Origin: Rhodanobacteraceae bacterium
Lineage (GTDB): Bacteria; Pseudomonadota; Gammaproteobacteria; Xanthomonadales; Rhodanobacteraceae
Length of the DNA: 56,727 nt
Assembly: GCA_035455825.1 (NCBI GenBank)
Contig: DATIEJ010000171.1
Coordinates: 1-56,727 of the forward strand
Direction: 5' to 3'
Below the pieces are notes generated by a model. The model was given only the letters and a program-made list of their open reading frames with translations. It had not been told where the DNA came from and made no database searches. The translations under genes and the position numbers were made by a program. Shown here one piece after another: positions 1 to 8,572 of this stretch (positions within the stretch are counted from its first letter, which is position 1; every line of letters begins with the position of its first letter).

Positions 1-1242
1 CCGGCCATCGTCGCCGAAGTGAAATTCCAGAGCTGGACCGACGATGGTGCCTTGCGCGCGCCGGTTTTCCTGCGCTTGCGCGACGACATCGATGCGAAGT
101 CCGTGCGGCGTGTCGAGGCCGGCGCCCGGCACGAGACGGCCATCGCCGAAAGCAATCCGATTGCCGACGTCGTCGCGCAGCTCGACGGAGCAAACAGGAA
201 AAATGCGTTCACGCTGGTCGTCGGCGCAGAGCAGATTCGCTTGACGCATCTGGATCGGGTTTACTGGCCAGAGAACCCCGCGCTGCAGCAGCCGGCGCTG
301 ACCAAGCGCGACCTGTTGCGTTATTTCGCCCAGGTGTCGCCGTACATGCTGCCGCACCTGGCCGATCGCCCGCTGACGATGATCCGCATGCCGGACGGCA
401 TCAACAAGCAGCGCTTCTTCCAGAAGCACTGGGAGCAGGAGCGGCCCGAATTTACCGAGACGATCACCGTGTACTCGGGACACAAGGACGAAAGCCACGA
501 GTACCTGCTGTGCAACAACCTGCCGACACTGCTGTGGCTCGCGCAGTCCGGCACGCTCGAATTCCATATCTGGCATTCGCGCGCGAAGGTCGGCCCGGAC
601 TCGGTATCGCAGAGCACGGACTACGCGACGTCGCTCGAGTCGCTCGAAGGGTCGGTGTTGAATTACCCGGACTACGTCGTGTTCGACATCGATCCTTACA
701 TCTATTCGGGCAAGGAGGCAAAAGGCGCCGAACCCGAGTTGAACACGATCGCATTCGAAAAAGGCAAGGAAGTCGCGTTCTGGCTGCGCGAGGTGCTGCA
801 CGGGATGTCGCTCGAGCCGATCGTCAAGACCTCGGGCAAGACCGGCCTTCATGTATTCGTGCCGATCAAGCGCACGATCGACTTTGATGCAGCGCGGCAA
901 GTGTCCGAACTCGTCGGCCGGCACCTGATGCGGCAACATCCGAAAGACATCACGATGGAATGGAGCGTACCGAAGCGAACAGGCAAGATCTTCATGGATT
1001 ACAACATGAACGTGCGGGGAAAAACGCTGAACGTCGCCTATTCTCCGCGAGGCGAGCCGGGCGCTCCGGTGTCGATGCCGCTGACCTGGGAGGAGCTGGC
1101 GAAGGCCCATCCACTCGACTTCCGGATGACAAATGTGATAGACAAGTTAACCCGGTCTGGAGATCGTTGGCACAACGCGTTAAAAAACAAGCAGAATTTG
1201 GAGCTGGCGCTCGGTGGGAAGAAGGCGTCGAGATCCGAGTGA
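1..1242 (+). CDS. ligD: DNA ligase D (NHEJ), 5'-truncated by window: end of ligase OB domain plus C-terminal primase-polymerase domain
   Basis: Ligase C-terminal EVKFQSWTDDGALRAPVFLRLRDD; polymerase motifs RMPDG..FFQKH, FDIDP (DxD), KTSGKTGLHV, KIFMDY; next to Ku. The frame is open upstream of the GTG at 19. Confidence 0.93.
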   Translation, partial: PAIVAEVKFQSWTDDGALRAPVFLRLRDDIDAKSVRRVEAGARHETAIAESNPIADVVAQLDGANRKNAFTLVVGAEQIRLTHLDRVYWPENPALQQPALTKRDLLRYFAQVSPYMLPHLADRPLTMIRMPDGINKQRFFQKHWEQERPEFTETITVYSGHKDESHEYLLCNNLPTLLWLAQSGTLEFHIWHSRAKVGPDSVSQSTDYATSLESLEGSVLNYPDYVVFDIDPYIYSGKEAKGAEPELNTIAFEKGKEVAFWLREVLHGMSLEPIVKTSGKTGLHVFVPIKRTIDFDAARQVSELVGRHLMRQHPKDITMEWSVPKRTGKIFMDYNMNVRGKTLNVAYSPRGEPGAPVSMPLTWEELAKAHPLDFRMTNVIDKLTRSGDRWHNALKNKQNLELALGGKKASRSE

Positions 1243-1337
1243 ATGAATTGACTCAACACCAAGGCTCAGGAGCAAGAGAAGGTCGGCTGCGAGTCGTGGC
1301 GACCGTGAAGGATCTCAGCGCGATCGAAAAATTTGCC

Positions 1338-1457
1338 GTCATTCCCGCGGAAGCGGGAATCCAAATTGATCTTGGCTGAGGGTCTGATCTGTTGCTCCGA
1401 AAAAGCAAAATGGATTCCCGCTTGACCAGCTCCGCTGTTGACAGACGCGGGAATGAC
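1338..1457. repeat. Inverted pair of REP-type palindromes (GTCATTCCCGCG-AAGCGGGAATCCA family)
   Basis: GTCATTCCCGCGGAAGCGGGAATCCA at 1338-1363; inverted copy TGGATTCCCGCTT...CGCGGGAATGAC at 1411-1457 with a ~21-nt loop insertion; same family recurs at 27339-27421. Confidence 0.85.
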
Positions 1458-1578
1458 GACTTTTTTGCAGGACTCCCGAGTCAACGCCAATTAAGCACGA
1501 AAGGCGCACGATCTTGTTGAGTTTGATTTGACTTTGACCTCGTTCTCTTGAAGTGAACTTAGGGCTGGAGACACGCAA

Positions 1579-2457
1579 ATGGCGGCACGATCGATTGGCA
1601 GTTTGACGATTTCGTTCGGATTGGTGGCAATCCCGGTGAAGCTGTATTCGGCAACCGAGGCGAGCCAGCACATTTCGTTCAATCTGCTGCACAGCACCTG
1701 TGGGTCGCGCTTGCGCCAGCAGTATTTCTGCATCAAGGAGGACGTGCCGGTCGGGCGCGACGAAATGGTCAAGGGCTATGAATTCGCCAAGGACCAGTAC
1801 GTCATGTTCTCGCCCGAGGAGCTCAAGGCGCTCGAAGAGGTCGGCACGCATGCGGCCGACATCACCGAATTCGTGCCGATCGCGGCAATCGACCCCGTCT
1901 ACTTCGACAAGGCGTACTACCTTGCGCCGGACAAGGGCGGCGCGAAGCCCTATGCACTTTTTACCAAGGCGCTGCGCGAATCCAAGCGCTGCGCGCTCGG
2001 GCGCTGGGCCGCCCGCGGCAAGGAATACATCGTTATGATCCGCCCGGTTGAAGACGGCCTCGTGATGCAGCAACTGTTGTACGCGGTCGAGGTGCGTTCG
2101 ATCAAGGAGATCGACATCCCCGTCATGGACGTCAAGGAGGCCGAGTTGAAGCTCGCGCGCCAGCTGATCGAGCAGCAGTCGAGCAACAAGTTCGACCCGA
2201 CCGAATACACGGACGATGTCAGCAAGCGCGTGCAGGCCGCGATCCAGAAGAAGGTCGAGGGCCAGGAAATTACCGTGTCCGAGGCGCCGGAGGGTGGCGC
2301 GCAGATCATCGATCTGATGGAAGCATTACGCGCAAGCCTGGAGAAGAAGGGCGGCGCGCCGGCCAAGGCAGCGAGCAGGGCGGCAACGCCTGCGCGCAAG
2401 CCGGCCAAGCGCGCACAACCGGCCGCGCCCGCGGCGCGCAAGAGTGCAAAGAAATAG
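1579..2457 (+). CDS. ku: Ku DNA end-binding protein
   Basis: N-terminal ARSIGSLTISFGLVAIPVKLYSA, VKGYE, IDPVYFDKAYYL, IIDLMEALRASL and a basic Lys/Ala/Pro tail; GGAG RBS. Confidence 0.97.
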   Translation: MAARSIGSLTISFGLVAIPVKLYSATEASQHISFNLLHSTCGSRLRQQYFCIKEDVPVGRDEMVKGYEFAKDQYVMFSPEELKALEEVGTHAADITEFVPIAAIDPVYFDKAYYLAPDKGGAKPYALFTKALRESKRCALGRWAARGKEYIVMIRPVEDGLVMQQLLYAVEVRSIKEIDIPVMDVKEAELKLARQLIEQQSSNKFDPTEYTDDVSKRVQAAIQKKVEGQEITVSEAPEGGAQIIDLMEALRASLEKKGGAPAKAASRAATPARKPAKRAQPAAPAARKSAKK

Positions 2458-2477
2458 CCGCCGTAATCGAAGCGAGG

Positions 2478-3296
2478 ATGATGCACCAGTACGGCGTCCA
2501 TGACGTCGAAAAGCTGCTTGGCCTGCCGCGCAGCACGATCCGCGCGCTGATCGCCGCGGGGTTCGTATCGCCGGCGCGCGGACCGCGCAACGCGCTGTTG
2601 TTTTCGTTCCAGGATCTGATCGTGCTGCGCACCGCGCAGGCGCTGGCCAGCGCCAACGTACCGCACCGGCGCATCACAAAATCCCTGAAGGAATTGCGCC
2701 GCCATCTTCCCGACGAGATGCCGCTGTCCGGCCTGCGCATCGGCGCCGTCGCCGATCGCGTCGTGGTCAGCGAAGGCGGCAGGCACTGGCAGGCCGAATC
2801 CGGCCAATACCTCCTGGCCTTCGAAGGCGATCCGGTCGAAGGATCGCTGAGCGTCATCGACCGCACGCAGGTGCCGGCGGCCCTCGACGACAACTGGTTC
2901 GACCGCGCCGTCGCGTTCGAGCGCAACGATACCGAGGCCGCGGTGCGGGCCTACGAACAGGCGATCGAGGCCGATCCCGGGCACCTCGATGCGCGCATCA
3001 ACCTCGGACGACTCTTGCACGAAAGCGGCAAGCTGGCGCGGGCCGAGCAGGTATACCGCGATGCGATCAACGCATCCGGCGCCGATCCATTGCTGCTGTT
3101 CAATCTCGGCGTGTTGCTCGAAGACATGGAGCGCAAGTCGGAGGCGGCAATGGCTTACGAAGCCGCCGTGCGCGCCGATCCGGACCTCGCCGACGGACAC
3201 TACAACCTGGCGCAGCTTTACGTGCAGCTCGAAAAACCCCAGGACGCGTTGCGCCATATGTCGCAGTACCGCCGTCTTGTCGGCGGCCGCAAGTGA
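2478..3296 (+). CDS. MerR-like HTH + tetratricopeptide-repeat protein
   Basis: N-terminal YGVHDVEKLLGLPRSTIRALIAAG..FSFQDL resembles a MerR HTH; C-terminal TPR units (ARINLGRLL, LFNLGVLL, HYNLAQLY); 20 nt after ku. Confidence 0.8.
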   Translation: MMHQYGVHDVEKLLGLPRSTIRALIAAGFVSPARGPRNALLFSFQDLIVLRTAQALASANVPHRRITKSLKELRRHLPDEMPLSGLRIGAVADRVVVSEGGRHWQAESGQYLLAFEGDPVEGSLSVIDRTQVPAALDDNWFDRAVAFERNDTEAAVRAYEQAIEADPGHLDARINLGRLLHESGKLARAEQVYRDAINASGADPLLLFNLGVLLEDMERKSEAAMAYEAAVRADPDLADGHYNLAQLYVQLEKPQDALRHMSQYRRLVGGRK

Positions 3297-3385
3297 TGCG
3301 ACTGTGAACACGTTCGCTGGCGGCTGAAAGCCCTTCATTGCATCATCCGGTTTCCACGCGCCCAGCAGGAAACCGAAGGCACGAC

Positions 3386-4369
3386 ATGCGCATCCTCGTA
3401 ACCGGCAGCAGCGGCCACCTCGGCGAAGCGTTGATGCGCACATTGCGCGAATCGGAGCACGAGCCGGTCGGCCTGGACATTCTCGCATCGCCGTTCACCG
3501 ACCACGTCGGCTCGATCGCCGATCGCAGCGTCGTGCGCCGCTGCATGCAGGGTATCGACGCCGTGCTGCATGCCGCGACCCTGCACAAACCGCACGTCGC
3601 GACGCACAGACGCCAGGATTTCGTCGACACGAATATCACCGGCACGCTCAACCTGCTCGAGGAAGCGGCCACGGCGGGCGCGCGCGCATTTGTATACACC
3701 AGCACCACGAGCACGTTCGGCCGCGCGCTTACGCCGCCGGAGGGGCAGCCGGCCGCGTGGATCACGGAGGAAGTCGTGCCGGTTCCAAAGAACATCTATG
3801 GCGTGACCAAGGTCGCTGCCGAAGACCTTTGCGAGCTGTTCGCGCGCAAGCTGCGCCTGCCGTGCATCGTCCTGCGCACGTCGCGCTTCTTTCCCGAAGA
3901 GGACGATCACAAGGCCAGGCGCGAAAGTTTTGCCGACGCGAACATGAAGGCCAACGAGTTCCTCTATCGCCGGGTCGATGTCGAGGATATTGTCGATGCG
4001 CACCGGCTCGCGATCGACAAGGCTCCTGCGCTCGGGTTCGCGAAATACATCATCTCGGCGACGACGCCGTTCACGCGCGCCGACCTGGCCGAACTACGCA
4101 CCGACGCTCCGGCTGTCGTCGCCCGCCACGCCCCGGCGTACGTTGCCGAATACGCGCGACGCGGCTGGAGCATGTTTCCGCACATCGAGCGCGTGTACGA
4201 CAACGCGCGCGCACGCGCCGAACTCGGCTGGCGCCCACGCTACGACTTCGCCCACGTGGTCGCGTGTCTTCGTACCGACCAGGATTTTGCCAGTCCACTG
4301 GCGCGTGCCGTCGGTTCCAAGGGCTATCACGTGCAGAAGTTCGTCGACGGCCCGTTTCCCGTCGACTAG
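3386..4369 (+). CDS. NAD-dependent epimerase/dehydratase (extended SDR)
   Basis: MRILVTGSSGHLG Rossmann motif, HAA, YGVTK (YxxxK). Start taken at ATG 3386. Confidence 0.9.
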   Translation: MRILVTGSSGHLGEALMRTLRESEHEPVGLDILASPFTDHVGSIADRSVVRRCMQGIDAVLHAATLHKPHVATHRRQDFVDTNITGTLNLLEEAATAGARAFVYTSTTSTFGRALTPPEGQPAAWITEEVVPVPKNIYGVTKVAAEDLCELFARKLRLPCIVLRTSRFFPEEDDHKARRESFADANMKANEFLYRRVDVEDIVDAHRLAIDKAPALGFAKYIISATTPFTRADLAELRTDAPAVVARHAPAYVAEYARRGWSMFPHIERVYDNARARAELGWRPRYDFAHVVACLRTDQDFASPLARAVGSKGYHVQKFVDGPFPVD

Positions 4370-4417
4370 GCCTTCCAGGTTTCGGTACCGATGCTTTAAA
4401 AAGCTGATCAACGCCGG

Positions 4418-4431
4418 TTGATGCAGGTCAA
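4418..4431 (+). promoter_or_regulatory. CRP/FNR-family binding site upstream of the PilB/GspE ATPase
   Basis: TTGAT-GCAG-GTCAA (1 mismatch to TTGAT-N4-ATCAA); GACAAT -10-like hexamer at 4454, 22 nt downstream. Confidence 0.6.
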
Positions 4432-4468
4432 GGCCGGCGGACGGTTTCGCCCGGACAATTGCCCCAAC

Positions 4469-6277
4469 ATGAGTACCGACGAGACTACGCGGTCTACAGG
4501 GGCCCCGAGCATAGCGCCAGTCACCACAGTCGAGTCTGCGAGTGCAGTGGCGGAAGCGCCCGCAGCCGGCGCCTTCACGCAGAAGACACAGGTGCGTGCG
4601 GCCTCGCACACGGCGCTGATCCTGGCAACGGATCAGCAGGTTGGGGACTATCTGCAGGCCTACGCCGAAGGCTGCAACATCAGCGCGGACCCGAGGTTTG
4701 CGCACAGCCAAGCACCCGAACGCGACGAGGATCCGGACGCCACGGACTCCACGGCGTTCCGCCGCGCCGACATATTCGATCTTCCATTCGTGCGGCTGCA
4801 GTCGATCACAATCGATCCCGCAGCGGTCGCGCTGGTTCCGCCTGCAAACGCGCGCCGCCTTCATCTGGTGCCGATTGCCCAGCGGGCCGGCGTGCTGGCC
4901 GTGGCGGTCGAGGATCCGGCCGACGCAGAGATCATTCCCGCCCTGCACTTTGCCACCCATCAACGCATCGCCCTGATGGTGGCCGAGCCGCTCGAGATTC
5001 GCGCGGCGATCGGGTCGAATTTCGACAGCGTCGAGGACAAGGCGATCCTGCGCCAACTCGGAATGGAAGCCAGCGCGGATTCGTCGAAGGAAACCTCCGA
5101 GCAGGAAGAGCGGCAACTCGCGCTGCAGCAGCCGATCGTGCGGCTCGTCGGCGACATGTTCGTGGACGCCGCGCGACGCCGCGCCTCGGATATCCATCTG
5201 CGTCCGGGCGAGCACGGCCTGGATCTTCTGTACCGCATCGACAACGAACTGGTGTCGATTCGCCGCTTCCTGCGCGCTCTTAGCCCGGCACTGGTCAGCC
5301 GCATCAAGGTGCTGGCGAACATGAACGTCGCCGAACACCGCATACCCCAGGACGGGCGCGCCACGTATATGCCCGCGGATGGCCACGCGATCGACATGCG
5401 TGTTTCGATCATACCGACGATCCACGGCGAAAGCGTCGTGATCCGGCTGCTCGACACGAAACAAGGTCTGCTCGGCCTCGACAAGCTCGGCCTGTCGGCT
5501 GCCGATGGAACGAAATTCCTCGATATGATCGGCCGCAGCCACGGCATGATCCTGGTGACTGGTCCAACCGGCTCGGGCAAATCGACGACGCTGTATGCGG
5601 CCCTGCTGGAAGCGCGCAAGGAGCACGTCAACATCCTGACGGTCGAGGATCCGGTCGAATACCACATCGAGGAAGTCCAGCAGATGCAGGTCAACCGCGC
5701 CGCCGGCTTCACGTTCGCAAGCGCGCTGCGCAACATCCTGCGCCACGATCCCGACGTCATCATGCTCGGCGAGATTCGCGACCGCGAGACCGCGCAAATC
5801 GCCGTCGAGAGCGCACTGACCGGCCATCTGCTGCTCAGCACGCTGCACACGAATACCGCCGCGACGACGATCACGCGCCTGCTCGATCTGGGCGTTGAAT
5901 CGTTCCTGTTGCGTTCAACGCTGCTCGGGGTTCTGTCGCAGCGTCTGACGCGGCGCAACTGCAAGCACTGCCGTGAACCGGAGACCGTGCCGGCGCACTG
6001 GCGCGAAATGCTCGATGTCGGTCCGGACGAAGTATTCTACAAAGGCGCCGGCTGCCATCAGTGCGAAGGGTTGGGCGTACACGGCCGCACGGCAGTCTAC
6101 GAGTTGATGATGGTGACGCCGGAAATCCGCCGCCTGATCGTGCCGCACTGCGAAGCCGACGGCATCCAGGAGGTCGCGCTGCGCGAGGGCATGCGGTCGC
6201 TCACGCGCAACGCGGTCGAACTGGCACGCAGCGGCACGATCTCGCTGGGCGAGGCGTTTCGCTTGCGCGCAGACTGA
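4469..6277 (+). CDS. GspE/PulE/PilB-family assembly ATPase
   Basis: T2SSE N-domain-like segment (LVPIAQRAGVLAVAVEDP), ASDIHL, Walker A GPTGSGKST, TVEDPVEY, LRHDPDVIMLGEIRD, TGHLLLSTLHTN, Zn site CKHC...CHQC. Start uncertain. Confidence 0.92.
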   Translation: MSTDETTRSTGAPSIAPVTTVESASAVAEAPAAGAFTQKTQVRAASHTALILATDQQVGDYLQAYAEGCNISADPRFAHSQAPERDEDPDATDSTAFRRADIFDLPFVRLQSITIDPAAVALVPPANARRLHLVPIAQRAGVLAVAVEDPADAEIIPALHFATHQRIALMVAEPLEIRAAIGSNFDSVEDKAILRQLGMEASADSSKETSEQEERQLALQQPIVRLVGDMFVDAARRRASDIHLRPGEHGLDLLYRIDNELVSIRRFLRALSPALVSRIKVLANMNVAEHRIPQDGRATYMPADGHAIDMRVSIIPTIHGESVVIRLLDTKQGLLGLDKLGLSAADGTKFLDMIGRSHGMILVTGPTGSGKSTTLYAALLEARKEHVNILTVEDPVEYHIEEVQQMQVNRAAGFTFASALRNILRHDPDVIMLGEIRDRETAQIAVESALTGHLLLSTLHTNTAATTITRLLDLGVESFLLRSTLLGVLSQRLTRRNCKHCREPETVPAHWREMLDVGPDEVFYKGAGCHQCEGLGVHGRTAVYELMMVTPEIRRLIVPHCEADGIQEVALREGMRSLTRNAVELARSGTISLGEAFRLRAD

Positions 6278-6397
6278 TCTTCGAGAGCAGTTCGACGCAA
6301 CACCTGCGCGTGGAGTCGGGAGTCCCTGACTGCTTTCGGAGCCGGCGAAACAGGCGCGCTGCGCCGGCAGGCGCCGCGCAGCCGCCTGCGTTTGCGC

Positions 6398-7576
6398 TTA
6401 GATACGCCGCGCGCTGGGCGCCTCTTCCTTCCAGCCAGCCCTGGGCTCGTTGAGCCTGGCTTCCTGCGACTTGTCGATCGCCAGCCGCTGCTGTTGTTCG
6501 AGCTCCAGCGAAAGCGGCTCGGACAAGCGCACGCGCAGCGACAGGTCGGAGCGCGAGTCGGCATTCTCGAGCGCCTCGTCCATGCTGATCCGGCGCGCGC
6601 GATACAGCCGCAGCAGCGACTCCTCGAACGTCAGCATGCCGCTGTCGAGGCCCTGTTTCATGGCTTCCTTGAGCTGGCTGATCTCGCCCTTGAGGATCAG
6701 ATCGGATACGAAGGCGGTCTGCAGCAGCAGCTCGACCGCCGGCACGCGCCGCCCTCCGGACGCGCTGCGCAGCAAACGCTGAGACAGCACCGCCTTGAGG
6801 TTCAGCGACAGGTCCTGCAGGACTTGCTTGTGCGCGGCCTCGGGAAAGAAATTGAGTATCCGATCGAGCGTCTGGTTGGCATTGTTCGAGTGCAGCGTCG
6901 CCAGGCACAACTGCCCGGTCTCGGCATAGAGCAGCGCCTGCTCCATCGTCTCGCGATCGCGGATCTCGCCGATCATGATGACGTCCGGCGCTTCGCGCAT
7001 GGCGTTCTTCAGCGCTTCGGCGTACGAGTTCGTGTCGATGCCGACTTCGCGCTGGTCGACGATCGACTTTCCATGCGCATGCATGAATTCGATGGGGTCC
7101 TCGATCGTGAGGATGTGCCCGGAGCGATGCTGGTTGCGGTAGTCGATCAACGCCGCGAGCGTGGTCGACTTGCCGGATCCGGCGGCGCCGACCACGAGCA
7201 CCAGACCGCGCTTGAGCATGACCAGGTCCCTGACGTTTGGCGGCAGGTTGAGCGACTCCAGGCTCGGGATGCGGTTCGGAATGTAGCGAATTGCGATGCC
7301 GGTTTCGCCGCGTTGCCGATACAGGTTCACGCGGAAGCGCCCGATGCCCTGGCGGTCTACGGTGAGATTCATCTCATGCGTCTGATCGAACACGTTCTTC
7401 CGGCCTGCGTCGAGCAGCGAGTCGGCGACTGTGGAAACCGCTGCAGAGTCGAGCACCGGAGCATCGATTATCCTTGTCTCGCCTTCGGTCTTGATCGCGG
7501 GCGGCGCGCCGACACTCAGGAACAGGTCGGAGGCGTCCTGCGCTACCATCATTCGCAAATATTCGGTCAGATCCAT
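6398..7576 (-). CDS. pilU: PilT/PilU-family ATPase (PilU-like)
   Basis: MDLTEYLRMMVAQDASDLFL, GAAGSGKSTT, TIEDPIEF, QREVGIDT, ALKNAMREAPDVI, LHSNNANQTLDRI; lacks the PilT AIRNLIRE motif. ATG at 7576 with GGAG RBS. Confidence 0.88.
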   Translation of the reverse strand: MDLTEYLRMMVAQDASDLFLSVGAPPAIKTEGETRIIDAPVLDSAAVSTVADSLLDAGRKNVFDQTHEMNLTVDRQGIGRFRVNLYRQRGETGIAIRYIPNRIPSLESLNLPPNVRDLVMLKRGLVLVVGAAGSGKSTTLAALIDYRNQHRSGHILTIEDPIEFMHAHGKSIVDQREVGIDTNSYAEALKNAMREAPDVIMIGEIRDRETMEQALLYAETGQLCLATLHSNNANQTLDRILNFFPEAAHKQVLQDLSLNLKAVLSQRLLRSASGGRRVPAVELLLQTAFVSDLILKGEISQLKEAMKQGLDSGMLTFEESLLRLYRARRISMDEALENADSRSDLSLRVRLSEPLSLELEQQQRLAIDKSQEARLNEPRAGWKEEAPSARRI

Positions 7577-7627
7577 GGGGGTCTCCAGAAGCCTGGGAGC
7601 AGGGTAGTGGCGCGGGCGGGGCTCGAA

Positions 7628-7641
7628 GTGATCTGCGTCAA
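7628..7641 (-). promoter_or_regulatory. CRP/FNR-family binding site upstream of pilU-1
   Basis: Minus strand TTGAC-GCAG-ATCAC; TACCCT -10-like hexamer 21 nt downstream on the minus strand. Confidence 0.5.
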
Positions 7642-7826
7642 CGTATTGCCAGCCTGCGTTCCGCGCGTTGCGGCGGAACAGCGGCCATCGCCCAGGCCGT
7701 GCATCGCGCGATCTGCGGGACGCCTGTCGTTCTGGCCATTGCCGCGCAGCTCGAGACTCGTTGCGAGGCTCTGCCATTGGTACGCCTGATGCTTGACTGC
7801 TCGGCAGGTAGACGCGGCGGCAAGGC

Positions 7827-8507
7827 ATGAAGAAGAAGGCGCCAGGGGGCAAAAATCCATCTTTGAGCTCGCTGCGCGCCGCGGCGCGTGACTGTCGTGC
7901 TTGCCCGCTATGGCGGTCGGCAACGCAGACGGTGTTCGGCGAAGGGCCGGCGAAGGCGCGAATCGTCCTGGTCGGCGAAGAACCCGGTGATCGCGAAGAC
8001 ATCATCGGCCGTCCTTTCGTCGGTCCGGCCGGGCAATTGTTGCGGCGCGCGCTGGTCGAGGCCGGCCTCGATCCCGCCGCGCTGTACCTGACGAATGTCG
8101 TGAAGCATTTCAAATTCGAAATGCGCGGCAAGCGCCGCCTGCACAAACGCGCCAACGCCGAGGAACAGGCAGCGTGCCGGCAGTGGCTGCAGGCCGAGCT
8201 GCATCGCATCCGCCCGGCGATCGTCGTCTGTTTGGGGGCGACGGCAGCCAAGGCGTTGCTCGGGACCTCGTTTTCGGTAACGCGGCAGCGCGGCCGATGG
8301 TTGCCATTTGGCGCCGATGCATTCGCAATCGCCACGCTGCATCCCTCGGCGCTGTTGCGCATGCGCGACAGCGAGCGCGAGCGCGGTTATCTGGACTTCG
8401 TGCGCGATCTGCGCAAGATTGCCACCGGTCCCGGACCGGTCGGCATGGTGGCGAAGGCGCGGTCTGCCGCGCGGCCGAAAAGCAATCCCGGCGACGGGAC
8501 CGTGTGA
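7827..8507 (+). CDS. udgX: UdgX-like family-4 uracil-DNA glycosylase / uracil-binding protein
   Basis: CRAC Fe-S ligands, VFGEG, GEEPG..PFVGPAG, TNVVKHFK, R-loop GKRRLH, HPSALLR. Confidence 0.85.
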   Translation: MKKKAPGGKNPSLSSLRAAARDCRACPLWRSATQTVFGEGPAKARIVLVGEEPGDREDIIGRPFVGPAGQLLRRALVEAGLDPAALYLTNVVKHFKFEMRGKRRLHKRANAEEQAACRQWLQAELHRIRPAIVVCLGATAAKALLGTSFSVTRQRGRWLPFGADAFAIATLHPSALLRMRDSERERGYLDFVRDLRKIATGPGPVGMVAKARSAARPKSNPGDGTV

Positions 8508-8517
8508 TCCTGGTCAA
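8504..8517 (+). promoter_or_regulatory. CRP/FNR-family binding site upstream of pilU-2
   Basis: (T)GTGAT-CCTG-GTCAA; GACAAT hexamer at 8540, 22 nt downstream, in the same GCCCGGACAAT context as at ~4450. Confidence 0.55.
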
Positions 8518-8572
8518 TGCTGGAGAGTCCGCGAGCCCGGACAATACCTTCCGCCAGCAAGCGGGTAGCCAT

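Noticed and set aside
1239-1379. Small ORF after ligD containing VIPAEAGIQ
   Set aside because: The peptide is just the translation of the REP element; no other coding evidence.
7577-8362. N-terminal extensions of the pilU ORFs (654 aa and 516 aa calls); likewise rsbS from 18450 and the kinase from 20937
   Set aside because: The extensions overlap other well-supported genes; family homology begins at internal ATGs (7576, 8573, 19353, 21123).
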